64,000 nucleotides of DNA from Octopus sinensis (Eukaryota), in assembly GCF_006345805.1 (NCBI RefSeq), contig NC_042999.1, positions 137,206,001 to 137,270,000 on the forward strand. The letters are read 5' to 3'. The notes beneath the pieces are model-generated. The model was not told where the DNA came from and ran no database searches. It saw nothing but the letters and a program-made list of their open reading frames with translations. The position numbers were made by a program, and so were the translations under genes. This document shows positions 62,462-64,000 of this stretch, one piece after another (position 1 is the first letter of the stretch; each line of letters opens with the position of its first letter).

Positions 62462-62674
62462 ACACGAGAATTATACATTTTAAATATTGGAACGAAGAAT
62501 AAAAGCTGGTGGTTAGAACATGGCATTGGTTGTCAGGTGACAAATAACACATGGGAGAAAAATTACCATGGAGAAACCAGTAGACCAATTCCACCTGAAG
62601 AATTTGTAGAAGGGTGTCTTGTAGAATATTATTATGTTGAATTCATTCATGCTGCTGTGCAGTGTTTGTTTTCA
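62462..62674 (+). CDS. NKAIN: NKAIN internal coding exon (equivalent to vertebrate exon 4; extracellular loop and start of TM4), TRELYILNIGTKNKSWWLEHGIGCQV...EGCLVEYYYVEFIHAAVQCLFS
   Basis: Acceptor ttcttaattttacag| and donor TCA|gtaagt; 213 nt, phase 0-0. SWWxExGxGC and GCLxEYxYxExxHxxxQ motifs, with the two conserved loop cysteines typical of NKAIN proteins. In frame with the 30752 exon. Confidence 0.93.
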
Positions 62675-63910
62675 GTAAGTACTTTTAATATCTTTCAGAT
62701 CTTTAACTATTTTTCTTTTCTAACCACACTATTTCTTTCATGCTTTTAACTCATTTTCCCAAGTTTTTAAATATTCTTTTGTTTTTAAACATTTCTTTCC
62801 CATATATAACCACTTCTTTTAGGTTTGTAGCCACATTTTCTTGTTAACTGTTATTTGCATAACTTTAACTGATTCTTTCATGGCTTTAACCATTTCTTTC
62901 TGGCCTTCAACTACTTCTGCTTCTTTCATGTATCTAACTATCTATTTTACTTTTGTTGAAGCTATTTTTCTAAATTCCATTTTCAAAGATTTCTTGGAGA
63001 AATTAAATAAAGTGACAATTAACTGACAAAAAAATCAGTAGTTTGGATTGCATAACCAAACTAAGCTGTTTCTTGACATAGACTTATTTAAACCTCAGTA
63101 TAATCTAGTCTATATCAGCTGTAAATCAGTATCATGTGAAGTTGTACTTAACTGTTGTAAACAGTTCTCTTCTCCACTCTCTCTCTCTCTCTCTCATTTA
63201 CTTTTTATACCTTTATTTTATCACTTTACCTCTCTTAATGTTCCTCCTCATTGTATAGCTTTATCTTCATTCCACATTTTTTCTTTTACTCACACTATCT
63301 CTTCCTTCTCTCACTCTTCAGTCATTTCCTATATCTAATTGTCTTCTTAGGACTACTGCTCTTGCATGCTGCTGATTCTCACCCTATCAGTATATCTATT
63401 TATCTAAGTAATCTTCTACTCTTTATAATAATTTCTCCTCTTATTTCTCTCAGCACAGCTACAGCTTTCTCTTTTCAATCAACCAACAATTTGAACACTT
63501 GATTTTTTTATAGCGTTGTGAAAGACTAATTCTCTATTTGTAGCTGATGAAGCATAACAATGCAGAAATACAAGCATTTTATGGTTTAATGACATTATTC
63601 ATAGCATGTTTTGCGCAATATGTTTTTATTTATTTATTTACATATATCTGCAGCATCAGAAATGCTTTGCCCACTAGGCTCATAATGCTTATATTTACAA
63701 TGCCCCAAAACACTTTCATATACAATGCTTCCCCACTCCCCTCAGTAGAGATAACAACCTTAACAACTCTAACATGTTTGAATGATGGTAGGTTAAAATC
63801 AAGAACAATTATTATGATGCCTATTAGCAAATGTTCATGGGGAAGCTTCTTTTTAGGTACTGAATAACATCTCTCCTTCCTGTGTTACCTGCCATATCTC
63901 TTTCCCAGTT

Positions 63911-64000
63911 TTCAGAGTTGGCACTCTAAATGTAGGCACATTGAAAGGTAGGTCTGGCGAGATTGTAGAAATGTTTGAACGGAGATGTGTTGATGTATGT
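63911..64000 (+). mobile_element. Start of the APE endonuclease domain of another RTE LINE, running off the window
   Basis: Frame 63911-64000 reads FRVGTLNVGTLKGRSGEIVEMFERRCVDVC, matching the RTE endonuclease N-terminus (xGTLNVGT...RRxVDxxC). Confidence 0.85.

Noticed and set aside
63535-63600. Hammerhead-like CTGATGA-agcataacaatgca-GAAAT
   Set aside because: The stem II closing pair is mismatched and stem I is almost all wobble pairs; consistent with chance.

Overview
AT-rich, microsatellite- and retroposon-dense animal genomic DNA. The SINE/LINE repertoire resembles Octopus (coleoid cephalopod); this is recognition from memory, not a search. The window lies inside a plus-strand NKAIN gene (Na+/K+-ATPase beta-subunit interacting protein). 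Two coding exons are recognisable, 30752-30832 (81 nt, YSIWSLLWIGWNIFVICLYLEIGILSR) and 62462-62674 (213 nt, ...SWWLEHGIGC...EGCLVEYYYVEFIHAAVQCLFS), separated by a 31.6 kb intron; the preceding intron is at least 30.7 kb. The introns hold a 5'-truncated CR1-clade LINE (1123-3107) and a 5'-truncated RTE LINE (46148-48174) with a PHD finger inside ORF2 and a minisatellite in its 3'UTR. They also hold many RTE 3'-end fragments, the start of another RTE at the right edge, a near-intact DD34D mariner (42459-43748), a mariner deletion derivative, TTAA MITEs, several tRNA-derived SINE families, a Penelope-like hammerhead remnant and a decayed 28S rRNA fragment. Most notable: (i) three fold-back structures that would be dsRNA in the NKAIN pre-mRNA, one a 106 bp inverted repeat bracketing a 17 nt candidate poison microexon; (ii) a phase-compatible chain of minus-strand exons suggesting an unrecognised gene nested antisense in the intron; (iii) the PHD-containing RTE and its variable 3'UTR array. 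All calls are by eye; no alignments or database searches were run.
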